From Selaginella moellendorffii (taxonomy: Eukaryota > Plantae > Lycopodiophyta), in NCBI RefSeq assembly GCF_000143415.4, contig NW_003314348.1, positions 376,227 through 440,226 on the forward strand: 64,000 nt of DNA. The letters are read 5' to 3'. Position 1 is the stretch's first letter. Every line of letters begins with the position of its first letter. Below, piece after piece: positions 1 to 13,399 of the stretch. The translations under genes and the position numbers were made by a program. The notes beneath the pieces were generated by a model that was not told the DNA's origin, did no database searches, and worked only from the letters and a program-made list of their open reading frames with translations.

Positions 1-548
1 GTACAGTTCCGTCAGTTGGCCGGGAAGATTTTAATCAGTTTTGGTGTTAAGTATTCCCTTGTTCCAAAGGTTAAGTCACTTTGGCCAGAGTTTTGGGTTA
101 AATGCATGTCCCCACTTGTAAGTGCCACTAAAAGCCTTTGTTTTACTGTTACTGCTGAGGAATTTATATATTCCTTTAAAAGTGGATGTTGTTATTGATT
201 TTCCCATCTCAAATGTTAAGTTGTGTGTTAAGGAGGTTGAGCAGTGTGAATCTTTTTCTTATATTGTGTTGGCTAAAGTATTTTATATGAATGGTAGGAA
301 GTCCTTTATTTTCCAAGCTTTAAACACATGTTCTTTTGATTTCCCCACTTCTATAAAGCTAGTTGTTATAAATTCCTCTTTTGTTGCTTCTTTATCCACT
401 TTTTCTTCTTCCACACTTGTTTTTCCTTGATTTTTCTCATTTTCTCTTTTTTGCCTCGACACTTCCAACTTTTTTTTCTTCAGAGGAGGGGGTAGAGGGG
501 ACGGACGAGAGTCCAACTTTGATGATGGAGTGAGGATGAGTGTATATG

Positions 549-1685
549 TGTAGCGCACGTGGTTTTGACCCTTTATCCTATGGTGATTTACCATAGGATA
601 ACACCACGAAACGGAACCTAAACCCTCTTTGTGGCACGTGACAGATGCCACGTGTCACATGCCACGTGTCCATAGGAACCCGAGGTTCAGGGCCTTGAGC
701 CACTGAACGAACGAACGGTGCCAAACTCCCAAGCATGGAGCCAAGGAGTGATGGAACCGAACCACGGAGTAACTCCCGAGCATAAAGCCCAAGGAGGGAA
801 GGGACAGGGGCCCGGAGCGACTTGGAACAGTCCTGAAGCAACCAGCATCCCAATGCCAGGACCAGCACGCAAAAGGGAGCCAAACGGAGTTTGGCGCTAT
901 TTGGGCATACCGGTGGCCTAACGTGAGGATATGGGTACTCCACTAGCTAGCATGGAATGGAACTTGGGCTTAGACCCAAGCCGGACGCAGAACAAGGACA
1001 GGCACGCAAGCGGGAGCTAGACTATGCCTCAGGTTGGTCGGCCATGCCCGACCTACCCACTATCCCTACTATACATTTAGAACCCCCCATAGCCCCCCCC
1101 CCCCCCTTGAGGAACACACGCTTTGGGCTTTCACCCCAAGCCTCCCTTAGTATCTGGAGTTAGTCTCTGGGACAAGCTCAAAACTTACTAAATATGGAAT
1201 ATCCTTAGATTGTGAATTTGGACACAGGACGAACACCATTGTGTTCAGGCCGATCTCTACATTCTGTAGATATACCAAATGAGCAAATCTGGACACTTTC
1301 CATAAATAGCATTTGGGACCGAAATGAGACTAACACAAAGGGCATGATAGCGAGGGTGTTTGGCAGACACGGTAAGCTATCATGTAGCGATATTGAGGGA
1401 CCAATCTCAATACACGAGGGTTCTTGTCACTAGCCAGTGCAAGACATAACGAGACGGGAACTCCTTACCGGGCTAAGTATGCTTAGCTAATAACACGTAG
1501 GAATTCCGTCCTTATGCTCGTCCGGTCTAAGTACACTCGAAATGCCCAGTTAACTCCACTAGCACAAGAGGGACTGATAAAGGGTCCAGCAATACCGACC
1601 TCCTGCCGTCGTGGCAGTAAGGTAAGAGTGTTCGTAAGGACTGGTCGACAGGTAACTTTCGATACCCGAAGTCACATTCGCGACA
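549..1685 (-). repeat. 3' LTR of family A element
   Basis: Begins TGTAGCGCAC, ends ATTCGCGACA; near-identical to 6635-7792. Confidence 0.95.
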
Positions 1686-1700
1686 CTCTCCCCCCCTTGG
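1686..1700 (-). other. Polypurine tract (PPT)
   Basis: CTCTCCCCCCCTTGG on + is a purine run on - immediately abutting the 3' LTR. Confidence 0.9.
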
Positions 1701-4199
1701 GAAGATCGACGTCCTCGTCGATGCATACTCGAGTCTAGAATACCGCCAAGGAAACAACTCCAGAAAAAAGTTCACGGTACTCACACTATGTGAGAAATGC
1801 ACCAACTTAAATGAGTTAGGGGGAACCTCTTTGTTTAACGCGGATGCGCTACCAGCTCAAACACCTTCCGGCCGTCACCGACAAGGAAATGACCAACGGA
1901 GTCAGCCACCCTTGCTGCTCTAGGAGTCACCCAGCTACAAAAGTGTGATACGCCCTGCCCGCAGAGACATAGAGAGAGAAGCCAGAGGCCCCAACCCTCC
2001 TGAGCAAAGAAACCAAACCCATCGGTAAGGTTTAGATAGACTACTGTCAACAGGCAGTTTAGAGTTGTTTACACGGTCACACCCTTTCAACGGAATAAGG
2101 AACATCGACAGAGAGGCGGGTTATGTGACCAGTCGACAGTAGCTACCCCATGACTAGAGATTTCACCATGCACACGAAGTGCCGAAGCCAGTCTGCCTAT
2201 ACTGGCCCAAACTCAAAGATCAATATATATGGACTATATCAAAGTCATAAACAATGATATCTTAGAGATTTAATTATCAGTGAATAAAGCTTAGATTAGA
2301 ACACAAAAGTATTCCAAGTAAGTTATCATCCGATAAACTAGTATTACAGTATAGGAACCACCAAGATCATCATAATTTGGCAAACATAGGAATGACCATC
2401 CAATAAAATTCAATAGCTACCGAAGATAGTAGACAGTAAGCCAACAACTTACTAGAGAGAACTCAAAGAACACAAAGTATCATTGACTAACAAGCACAAT
2501 GCTCGCGAATGTATCACCCAAAGGAAATAACATCCAAATCTATCAAAACTAACTCGAGCAACAATCAACAGAAGAGAATGAATGTGGTAAGACCAACAAA
2601 CACTCATGCCTGCCAACTATCACAAAAGCCAATCGGAATAGATCCCAGCCAACAATACCAAGGAACTCAAGTTTGCCTAAGCAAGTGTTAGCAACATCCT
2701 ACTGACGTCTCAAACCCAAGAGACCAATCCAAAGCAAACCACAAAGAACATGTGGTAATGCGAAAAACCATAAGCCATCAAAGAGAATAACTAACCACCA
2801 TGAAAGATCATCAATCATCCCATCAATAAAGAGATGCATAATCATCGTCTTAGAAGGAATCCACCATCCCGAAGAATAGCAAATCAATCTAGATCAACGA
2901 TAATCAAGCAAAACCTCGTACAAGGATAATCAATTATCCTAGATGATAGTCAATCATCACCAATGATTGCTAAATGCAAATACTAACTTGTATATCGAAG
3001 CTAAAGAGCCAAAAATGCCTTCCCCCCAACAACTTCTAACAAATGGAACAATGAGCATAATAAACTCAAAGGACCAAAAGTTCGAAGAAGCCTATAGCCA
3101 AGTCTTGCTTAATAATGATCACGAGTCTCATAGAAGCTAACTTCAATGCTAAAGAAGAAATCATGATGCAACTCACAATATCTTCCTCAACACATCCATA
3201 AGCCAAACTTCATAATGCCAAAGCTAATGAAAAGCATTTCTGCATCAATCCAAAAGCTAAGCATAGCAAAGTTATGCTCAACAAGTGATCACCAAACGAT
3301 CCTCCATGAATCCATCTATAGCAAGACGTAACTCACTTCATAGCAAGCACGAGAAGAATCATCAATGATCGATATATTTCAACTAAAATCCCATAAGGAT
3401 TCAACATTCTAATATCGATCACTAACTCTTCCTCTTGTAGAGTTAACATAGTTCACGACTGAATCACTTTTCAAGGAAAAGCTAAAGCTCAACCCCTACT
3501 AAACAATCTCATCTAGAACACAACTAACTTAACTTGCCACTCAGTTCATTTGAACGTCAACACAGTTGCTAACTAGCAAATGTATGAATGCCAACAACAC
3601 AAAGCTAAAGCCAAATCATCAACACTATTTTTATCAGAACTAATGAAACTCAATATCAATCCTACAGAGAGACATCTCATTTCACTCAAGTCTCAATATC
3701 AACAATATCAATGACAAGGCATCACTTCAATGCCATCAACATCAGGACAAAGCTAGAAGAAAGCAAGAGTGAATCACCACTCGGAGCTTTCCAGCAACCA
3801 AGCTAACCAAAGTCGAAGATACTTTACTCAGTATCCAAGACCAATTTCTTCAGCAATACTCAGTGACAGATAACACATCATCAAGGAGTGAATCACCACA
3901 TCCAAGACTCAATGAAATCCAACACCACGGACTAAACGTAACCAAATGATATCGACAGAGATAGAATCGATATACTAACATAGGAAACCTATGCAAGTCT
4001 AACGACACAATCCTCCGCAACACCATCCAGTAAAGCAAGCCCATCACTGCTAAATCATCATCGAGCAAAGCAAGTGTCAACGGTCCTTGATGAAGTCTAC
4101 AAGTAATCACTAGTCGCAAAGCAACTGACAATCACTCCTCAACTTGCATTCACAAGACCCAAACACCAACTCTTGTCATCAAGTCACATACTTATCCAA

Positions 4200-5560
4200 C
4201 ATAAACATAATACCCCAGGTATGAGATAAAAGTTCATAGATAAGCACAAACTAAATGAACACTCAAATCCAACTCAACTGCGATAAGCTCACCAACACAC
4301 TTAGTCAATAGCTCTGAGCATGCTTTGAAGAGGCTAGCTATGCATGATCAACACTCAGTCGAAACTAAAGTGAAGACCATGAGATGGACTCATATTGGTA
4401 CACAACCTCCTCATAGACAAAGCTATAGTACGGGTACCAACATCGCAACCTCAAACAACTAAATTGGACATCACCATCCTCAGCCAAGGCACAGAGCCAC
4501 CAAAACCAAGTCAAGATCAGTGAGAGCTCACTACTCTCATAGAGTCTAACGTAATGCAAGGTGCAACCTGCCACCAAGCATAACACTACAAAAGAAAGGT
4601 ACAAGGGTCACCTTTCTGAGAAAAGTGCAACGGCCACTTTTCTACACTAATTCCAGACTCTATCCAACTCAATTGCCTTAGCCCCAAAAGTTAGCATCCC
4701 TTTCAGGCTGCATCATACAAACTATCTACTAAGGTTTAGGCCAACCAAAGCCAACTCCAACCCCTTCAATAGTTTGTACTGGCGTACGAAAACGGAATGG
4801 TTTTCGGCAAAGTGATCAACAGATCAGCCATTGGGGAAGTCTAAGAAAATTTGTGAAAAATTTCCCATCCTAGAGAAAGAATGACTCTCAGTCCAGGATT
4901 GCAAACTTTCAAGACTCAACCAACTTCCTCCTACCAACAACTTCACATAGGCTCACTTCAACACAAATTCTCATGATCGAACAACATGCTTAAGCATCGA
5001 ACATCTTTGCCCATATAACCGACATCCAACACCGACATTCGAAAGTGCAAAATGAGCATCCAAGGCTTGATCACAAAGACCACATCATCGGATATCCACA
5101 TTGCACTAACACTTTTCTTCAACCACCTTCAAGATCCAATGTGAAGCCAAAACACTAACAAAAAAAATGACATGGAAAATCAAGCTCTAAGGAAAATTCC
5201 TCATCACTTGAAATAACAATGCCACCTCCACTAACACAAGTGCTAGTGATGTCAATGCCCCAACTACACATCTTCTCCATCCAACAATTTACTCCAAGTG
5301 TTAACGGATCAACCAACAAGCCATAGCAAATGAATGCTATAACCCTTTTCCAACATCTTAATGGGCAAACTCTAGGAAACAAGGTACCTACTTAAGCTTA
5401 GCATAATGAACCACCAACGAGAATCTAGTCAAAGCTACTACAATGCTACTTCGTGCAAGTAGACTAGCTTCTCCATCAACCACTTTGGGGTTGATCATCA
5501 TTTACTCAAGCAACTTCGTAAACGCATTACTCTTTATCACATGGATATGATATAAGCATC
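4200..5560 (-). pseudogene. Heavily decayed Ty1/copia-like pol remnants (integrase then RT order)
   Basis: Minus-strand fragments in copia order: IKSNAF (~5540; cf. LKxKSEAF), IAFICYG...GV...IVISSDEEF (5155-5382 ORF; cf. CIFLGY..GVKGY..IIISRDVVF), CMMQPE (~4700-4720; cf. YMxQPEG), DPC (4601-4609), LHYV (~4550; cf. LLYVDD). Many stops and frameshifts. Confidence 0.55.
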
Positions 5561-6620
5561 ACAATGACTTGATCATCAATTGAGTAACGCAATGAGCAAT
5601 GCCTATGTCATTACTTCAAACATTTATGTGAGTATCAAATGCCAACTCGATTCGACAAAATGCAACATAAATGCCACACTCCACCAATAAAGGTTTACGA
5701 CACCCAACACCACTAACTTTTGTTCACAACACGGACAAGCTCATGCCACTCTCTTTCCGACCAAACTCAACACTAATCCAACACCAAGCTACTCAAGGAG
5801 CAATAGCAAGGTTCCCCGGAAAAGAATTGAGCATTGCAACCCAAGTCTTCCAATAGCGAGCCTAGACAAAATGGTTTAGTGTTTCACCACTATCCATCCC
5901 ATAACTCACCACTTGTAAGACCATCACTTCCAACATGCATCAAGGTAGGGACTCTTGATTGCATGATGTGAACACAAGCAATGAGTTAACACCTCGTTGC
6001 AAATCATCTCTCCAAGAAGAGAAGATGATTTACGTATTTGATCCTCCGTCCTCGATGAGTCTCTTTTCGGTCTCATCTTTGACCAAACCTCAAGCTTGCT
6101 TTCGCACTGTCTTTAGTTCAATCCAAGAAAAGTTTATGAGGGAGCACGGCAATGATTACTTGAACCAATAGACTATTCCCTACAGTCTTGATTGATCCAC
6201 TTATAATCATGCCTAGGAAAGATCCACTAGTGCCGCGCTAAACAGCTACGGACCAGCCTATTTGCCACTCATAGCAAACCCAGGTAGGTTTGCTTTCACC
6301 CATGGTACAAGGAATAACTCATGGAACCACCGATAGGCTAACATTAATCCTACCAACTCAAAGTGTAACCTTGAGTTGCTAATGTGCCTCACTCACAAGC
6401 CCAAGCGCAAACTTGTGCAACCGGAACAACTCAAACCCTCTTATGAGCCCAAGAGCAAGCTTATATAATACGGTACAAAATGGTAACCAAAACCATACCT
6501 AAGGAATGATTGCGAAGCCTTTGCACCCAAACGTGTACCCACTCGGATCATCGTTTTCATCTCTGCGTATGCAATGAGACTAGTTGCCCAATCTCATTGG
6601 ATAGTATCGCTGAGACGTAT

Positions 6621-6632
6621 CCTCTGATACCA
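6621..6632 (-). other. Primer binding site, tRNA-iMet
   Basis: CCTCTGATACCA is the reverse complement of TGGTATCAGAGG, 2 nt from the 5' LTR. Confidence 0.9.
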
Positions 6633-6634
6633 AA

Positions 6635-7792
6635 TGTAGCGCACGTGGTTTTGACCCTTTATCCTATGGTGATTTACCATAGGATAACACCACGAAGCGG
6701 AACCTAAACCCTCTTTGTGGCACGTGACAGATGCCACGTGTCACATGCCATGTGTCCATGCCACATGTCCATAGGAACCCGAGGTTCAGGGCCTTGAGCC
6801 ACTAAACGAACGAACGGTGCCAAACTCCCAAGCATGGAGCTAAGGAGTGATGGAACCGACCCCCGGGGTAACTCCCGAGCATAAAACCCAAGGAGCGAAG
6901 GGACAGGGGCCCGGAGCACCTTGGAACATTCCTGAAGCAACCAGCTTCCCAATTCCGGGGCCCGCCCCCAAAAGGGAGCCAAACGGGGTTTGGGGCTTTT
7001 TCGGCATACCGGGGGCCTAATGGGGGGATATGGGTTCTCCCCTAGCTAGCATGGAAAGGAACTTGGGTTTAGACCCAACCCGGGCGCAGAACAAGGACAG
7101 GCCCCCAAGGGGGGGCTAGACTTTCCCCCAGGTTGGTTGGCCATGCCCGACCTCCCCCCTATCCCTTTTAAACATTTGGAACCCCCCAAAGCCCCCCCCC
7201 CCCCCCCCCCCCCTTGAGGAACACACGCTTTGGGCTTTCACCCCAAGCCTCCCTTAGTATCTGGAGTTAGTCTCTGGGACAAGCTCAAAACTTACTAAAT
7301 ATGGAATGTCCTTAGATTGTGAATTTGGACACGGGACGAACACCATTGTGTTCAGGCCGATCTCTACATTCCGTAGATATGCCAAATGAGAAAATCTGGA
7401 CACTTTCCATAAATAGCATTTGGGACCGAAATGAGACTAACACAAAGGGCATGATAGCGAGGGTGTTTGGCAGACACGGTAAGCTATCATGTAGCGATAT
7501 TGAGGGACCAATCTCAATACGCGAGGGTTCTTGTCACTAGCCAGTGCAAGACATAACGAGACGGGAACTCCTTACCGGGCTAAGTATGCTTAGCTAATAA
7601 CACGTAGGAATTCCGTCCTTATGCTCGTCCGGTCTAAGTACACTCGAAATGCCCAGTTAACTCCACTAGCACAAGAGGGACTGATAAAGGGTCCAGCAAT
7701 ACCGACCTCCTGCCGTCGTGGCAGTAAGGTAAGAGTGTTTGTAAGGATTGGTCGACAGGTAACTTTCGATACCCGAAGTCACATTCGCGACA
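6635..7792 (-). repeat. 5' LTR of family A element
   Basis: Direct repeat of 549-1685, adjacent to the PBS, followed by TSD ATATG. Confidence 0.95.
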
Positions 7793-7872
7793 ATATGGCA
7801 GTGGAGTGAGGATGAGTGCATATGGTAGTGGAGCAAGGACAAACAACATAGGTTGGGAGTGAAGAATCTCCT

Positions 7873-7972
7873 NNNNNNNNNNNNNNNNNNNNNNNNNNNN
7901 NNNNNNNNNNNNNNNNNNNNNNNNNNNNNNNNNNNNNNNNNNNNNNNNNNNNNNNNNNNNNNNNNNNNNNNN
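7873..7972. other. Assembly gap
   Basis: Run of 100 N. Confidence 1.
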
Positions 7973-8183
7973 GCATTTGGCTCTATTTCCGACTTTGTTG
8001 AACTTGTTCTCACTCTGCCAATTATATCCAACCTCACTCCACTACCATGTGCATGAGCATAGCAAGTCTAAATGGAATATCTAGCTTTGACGTAGTGAGG
8101 CCAAGCGGATGTGATAGTGGAGTGAGGTTGGATATAAATGGCAGAGTGAGAACAAGTTCAACAAGTCTGAATAGAGCCAATGC
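7973..8183. repeat. Imperfect inverted repeat (~70-bp arms)
   Basis: 7973-8046 is approximately the reverse complement of 8113-8183, e.g. TTGTTGAACTTGTTCTCACTCTGCCA / TGGCAGAGTGAGAACAAGTTCAACAA. Confidence 0.85.
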
Positions 8184-10639
8184 TTCAAAACTTTTTTTCA
8201 TTTGAGGAGGGGATAAGGAGAATGTGGAAAATGAATAGAGTGAGTTTGACCTCCTTGGTTCAAAATTATGGTTGCATGGTTGGTTTAAACATTTAGGAGT
8301 TGCATGCAGAGTTGCAATTGGTTTATCAAGGTTCCGTAATTGGCTAATACTTATGCCATGGCTTTGGATTTTATTTCAGTCATAATAATCAGTTAGTGAT
8401 TTTGTGGGAGTTTCAGATTCTTGTAGTAGTTTATAATTTCTCAATAGAAGTTTTAGATGTTCCACCTGATTTATTATCATCACATTTTCATCTTCCACAG
8501 TAAAGTTTGTAAATATATATATATATGTATATACATGTATTACCCTAGCTAAGTAATACACTAATTATAGTACTATAGCATATGGATCCTCCATTTGGGA
8601 TTGAATCTAGTCCATCTATTCTTGTATATAAGCAGGGGTCTAAATCCCAAATAATATACATATTCCTATATCCCGAGCACTCATAACACTTAGTTAACTA
8701 TTTTAAAGATCTATTATTAATCATGAATTCCCCATCATTCAATATATTTATACCTATATATTTAAATACTAAACTTATTTTAAAAATAAATAAAAATAAT
8801 TATTAATTAAAAACATCATTTAAAATAAAAACTAATTCTCTAAGTTTTATGATAACTTAGGTAATTAAATCATAAATTTAACTATTTTAAATTATAAGCT
8901 TATTTTATTGATAAATATTAGACTTTTAACTTTCAAAAGATAATATACCAAAAAGTACAATAAAAGTTCTTATGAGAGTTTCTATTTTACTTTCAGTTAT
9001 TTACTTCCTTGACTACTAGAAATAATCTTATTTACAACCTATATAAATAAATTTATCATATACTATATTGATAAAATTCAATGAAATCATGCAATATATA
9101 AAAACTCATAAAGCTAGGAAATAGCACCACACAAGATATTTTTTAATATGATTCAATCCTATATAACTCTCTTTTAATTTGGCTGTCAAATAATGGAAAA
9201 AACAACCTTAAATAAATTGCTTTCTAGTATGTGTGCCTTTATAAGTAATCTGAGAAAATTAAATGAAAAATCATATTAAAAGTGGTAAGATTCCTATAGG
9301 AAATAATTGACTCAAAAGTGTAAAAATAGAGTATTTTAGTGGATACAAGCATATTCTCTAAGGTTTTGCAACATAATATAATACCTCTCCAAGGTTTTGC
9401 CATGTGGCATACCACCAAAGAAGCAAAAGAAAGATGCTCAAACTCATTATTGCACTTGTAAATAAAATGCTTCAATAAATAAAGACTTATAGGGTTTCTA
9501 TATTTTTGTAAGCTCTTTACTAATATCTTTCCAATAGAGTCTTAAGATGCAAATTTCATTATGTTAACTACTCCCTCACCTAGCTCAAATTTCATAATAA
9601 AATAAAAATGGATAGAGCTATTAGCAAAACACAAAGGAAGATTGCCAAGAAAGAAAATGGGGGAATTATGACAAGGTAAAATGAAAAGAGGTTAAAAATA
9701 TAGCTTAATCTAATGTTAAATTGCAAATGGCATGATAATGATAAAAAATTTAGAGAAAATTAACAAGAAAGACAAAGCTCTCTTTAAATTAGTTTGTATA
9801 AAATAAATATTAAAATTTATATGTGATTCAAATAGAATATATATTTTCTTTTTATACAAATGAAATATCAAAAAACTTGACACTCTAGAATATGATAAAT
9901 CAATGCCAAAACTCTTAATTTTATTAAAGATTAAAATTATATTAATACTAATTTTAAGATATTCTTTAATTAATTAAAATATTATTTACTTGATTTGAGC
10001 ATTACAGAATATTGCTGTATAATTCGCAATTGAGATCCATCCTTATGTATCACTCTCTCTCACACATATAAAATGCATTATTAAAACAATAAAAAATCTC
10101 TAAAGCTTGAATTAGGTGGTGTGGGATGAAAAAATATATATATACTCAATAGGAAAAATACACAGATAATGATAAAGAATATTTTCAGAATTTTTACTTT
10201 TTGAAGATGTTACAATAGTAATATTGTCTGTAATAACATGAGTTAATAGAGAGCACACCATTTTGAGGATGGCTCATATGTGCAAGATAGTAGAAGTTGG
10301 TTAAATATAGAGAATTATTATCAATCCTCTAAAAAACCTTTTGAATCTATCTATTAAACTTGATTGTTGTATTTTTAGTAGTATCATTCATTTTGTATGT
10401 CATTATCAAGAGAAGGGGAGATCACAAAACTACTAAAATACTAAATAATAGAGAAGAAAATATTAAACACTCTTAGTATAAAATCCTTAAAACCCAATTA
10501 ATTTGGTCTCATGTATGTAGTTGATTTAAAGTTAAAATGTTTATGAGTAAAATGTTTGGTATTTAATTTCCAAACATGGCTATTAATAGTGATTATATTC
10601 TCAAAAAATACAAAGAGATGGCAAATAGATGATATAATC

Positions 10640-11780
10640 CCCTAATTTGATGCTAAGTAGTGAGTGGTGGTGTAAAACCAAACTTAAATGGATATTACTG
10701 ATGAAACTACCCTAAAACCATAAGCAAGATGAAAAGCAAGTTCCTAACTATGATTGCTAAGAAAAAATATTAAAGTTTGCAAAACTAGTACTTTAAGTTA
10801 ATCAAACTTTGCTTGCTAATAATAACATCTAGAGGAGGTGGTGGTGGAATATAAGTGGGATCAAAAGGGGTATGATACATTTTTAATAAAGAAATATAAA
10901 ACATTGAATGCAAATTTATAGATGGTGAAAAATTAAGTTGATAAATGACCTCAGAAATGAGAGAGGGCATAAAGAAAAAACCCAAATATTGATAACCTAG
11001 ATTATTGTAAAGATGTATGGTCTTTCAATTACAATGAAGAAGCAAAATTTTTTATCCAACTAGAAAAGAAGAATTAAGTTGGTAAGAATAATTAATAGTA
11101 TGAAAATAAGTAGTTTAAGCATAAGAAAAGTGATAATAAAATTCCTCATAAAAAGAATCTAATATAGTAGGATAAGCAGCAATATAATCATTTATAAAAC
11201 TAGGTGCTGGAGAAAATAAATATAACTAATGAGAATGAAAGTTATAATTAATGAAGAATAGAGAGTGATGTATTAAAGAGTGTTATGAATTATTATAAAA
11301 TGAAAGAGATTAACCAAGTTAGTTTATTGCTGGGGAATAAAACATCAAAGATATTTCTCAAGAATTTGAATAGTACACTCTAATTACTCATCAATTTGAG
11401 GATAGTGAAAAGTGGATAACTTACTTTTGACACAAGGAAATAAACTGGCACCAAAAGTTAGAAATAAATTGAGGCCCTCAATCATTAATAATATTATTCA
11501 TCAATCCATAAATGTGAAAAGTTTTCTTATAAATAAGCTCAATCAATTACTCTTCATCAATTTTTTTATAGCATAGCAAGAAATATGCCATTTTAGAAAA
11601 TAATAAAAATACTATCAAACCCTTAAAAAGATGGAAAATTAGTAAAGAGATACATTGAGATAAATTTCCAAGGCTCTAGAGCAAAAAGAAGAGGTTAAAG
11701 AAAACTAGATAGAACATGTTATAACATCTTGTTTCCTAATATATGTTAGAAGTATAAATCAAATTTTTAATATATATACA
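10640..11780 (-). pseudogene. Very old, AT-drifted Ty3/gypsy integrase remnant
   Basis: ORF 10785-10985 YQLNFSPSINLHSMFYISLLK resembles the gypsy GPY/F-downstream motif YxLxLP..HPVFHVSLLK. LSTFHYPQID at ~11390-11420 resembles STAFHPQTDG. Confidence 0.65.
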
Positions 11781-13107
11781 CTTGAAGTGATGTGTAAGGA
11801 ACCAAACTCCTGAAGGTGTTGAAGGCTAAAGGATCCTTGAAATCATGACTAGAACAGTAAAGAGTTCATCAAATGAAACTGAGTTCAAGATTAATTCCCA
11901 AATCAACTTTAAGACTGAGTTTGAGATTAAGTTCAAAATCAAGTTTGAGATTTGATATAGAGTCTGAGATCGAGTTCGAAACCAAATGCAACATTAAGTC
12001 CGAGATCGAGTTTGAGACCGAGTCCAAATAGTAATATAAGTTATGGGGTGAAAGCCCAAAACAATCATCTTCCAAGGGAGGAGAGGCTACAAGGGGTTCT
12101 AAAAAATATAATAGAGATAGTGAAGTTAAGGACCCAATCTTGAAGGAACTTTTTAATAATGTTTTTAAACTAAATTAACATTGGGACTAGGGGTTAATAG
12201 GGGTTAATGGACTTGGGTGGGAATGAGCATAGACTCAAGGGGTTGCTAGAAAGGCCTCTTAGGAAAGTGCTTTAAAACAACTCCCACTCCTAGAAAGGAA
12301 ATTGATTGTAGCATTTCTAGCTCATATAGAATGATGCCCCACTTGAGTACTATATAACTCATTGTTCCTTCCTCCTTCTTGGGGACTTGGGCCTTCCCTT
12401 TGAGACGAAAGTGGGGGAGTAGGGGTACCTATACTAGGCTGTTAGGCCATGGTGTTTCCCCTTAAGATCTCGAAGTAAGAGATGCATTTAAGGCTTGGGA
12501 TTTATAAAGTCCCATGATCAAGTTATGTTGTACTAAGGGATGTTAAAAACTGTGCTTAATTGTTTGTGCTTATAGGGAGTGTAGCTAAATCTTCAGTCTA
12601 GTGTAACTAAAAAAGGGGGGTTGAGAGAGAATTTAGGAATTCATGGATAGATGGATAACACTCCATTGCTCATGTAATGAGTAGCTAAATCCAAGTAGGT
12701 CTAAATAGGAATTGATATCTAAGTAGGAGCTAATACAATAGGTGAGAACTTTGGTGAGAAAACTTAACTAAGGCTAAGGCAAAGGTGGTTGGATAGACAA
12801 GGTAAACTAGCAAATTAGGAAAGGAGAATTTATGACTTACCAATTTGGCATTGGAGGGTTTTTTTAGTTTTAGTGAAAGATAGAGGCAAATTGCTAGGAG
12901 ATGGCTAAAGTAGAGCATAAGAAAACCAAGGTAGAGACAGAACCTCCTCCATAGATAGAACTTCCAGTTGAACAAGAAACTATGGATAAAGAATCCCTAC
13001 ATAAGGAGGACTTTAATGATGAAACTTTCAAACAAGAGTTTAGTGGTGAGGTTTGGTCATCCAAGGCTTCATTAGACACTCTGAAAGGACAAGTGGCATA
13101 GACTAAT

Positions 13108-13269
13108 TGTAGCGCATGTGATCATGGGATGAGATTTGGATATACTGTCACCGTGAATCCTTAGAACCTTGGGGGATAAATGGGGATAAAATAGCCACTA
13201 AGGGCTCTCTCATCAAGCAATTGCCCCTTTTCCAGTTGGCTTAAGGGGAGAGAGATAAGGTGCGCTACA
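13108..13269. mobile_element. 162-bp insertion with TG...CA inverted termini (TRIM-like solo LTR)
   Basis: TGTAGCGCA...TGCGCTACA termini; 5-bp TSD CTAAT (13103-13107 and 13270-13274). Confidence 0.85.
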
Positions 13270-13399
13270 CTAATGCCCTACTAGAAACCCTCATATGCAA
13301 TCTAAAACGTGATAAGAAGCCAAAAGAAAAAATAAAAGGTTGCAAATGATAGTAGTGTAGAAGGCGTAGTTACTTGCCACAACATTCCTAACTTGATCC

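Larger units (their letters stand above)
549..7792 (-). mobile_element. Structurally complete, non-autonomous LTR retrotransposon (family A; copia-like decayed internal region)
   Basis: Direct repeats 549-1685 and 6635-7792 with TG...CA ends. Identical 5-bp flanks ATATG (544-548 and 7793-7797). Minus-strand PBS TGGTATCAGAG next to the right LTR, minus-strand PPT next to the left LTR. No long internal ORF. Confidence 0.95.

Noticed and set aside
16-520. Lys/Glu-rich minus-strand ORF piece at the window start
   Set aside because: Partly derived from LTR read-through; no recognisable domain or start.
578-2050. Short ORFs in family A LTRs and 3' internal region
   Set aside because: Under 125 aa, no motifs, not preserved across the LTR copies.
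6860-7215. Cluster of substitutions in the 5' LTR relative to the 3' LTR
   Set aside because: The changes mostly extend neighbouring homopolymers and stop at the long poly-C tract, which is typical of poor Sanger read quality. Not treated as hypermutation or used for dating.
9180-9780. Possible hAT dimerisation-domain remnant in AT-rich DNA
   Set aside because: Resemblance too weak to support without a profile search.
13108-13269. Cassandra-type (5S rRNA-containing) TRIM assignment
   Set aside because: No recognisable 5S A/C-box sequence.
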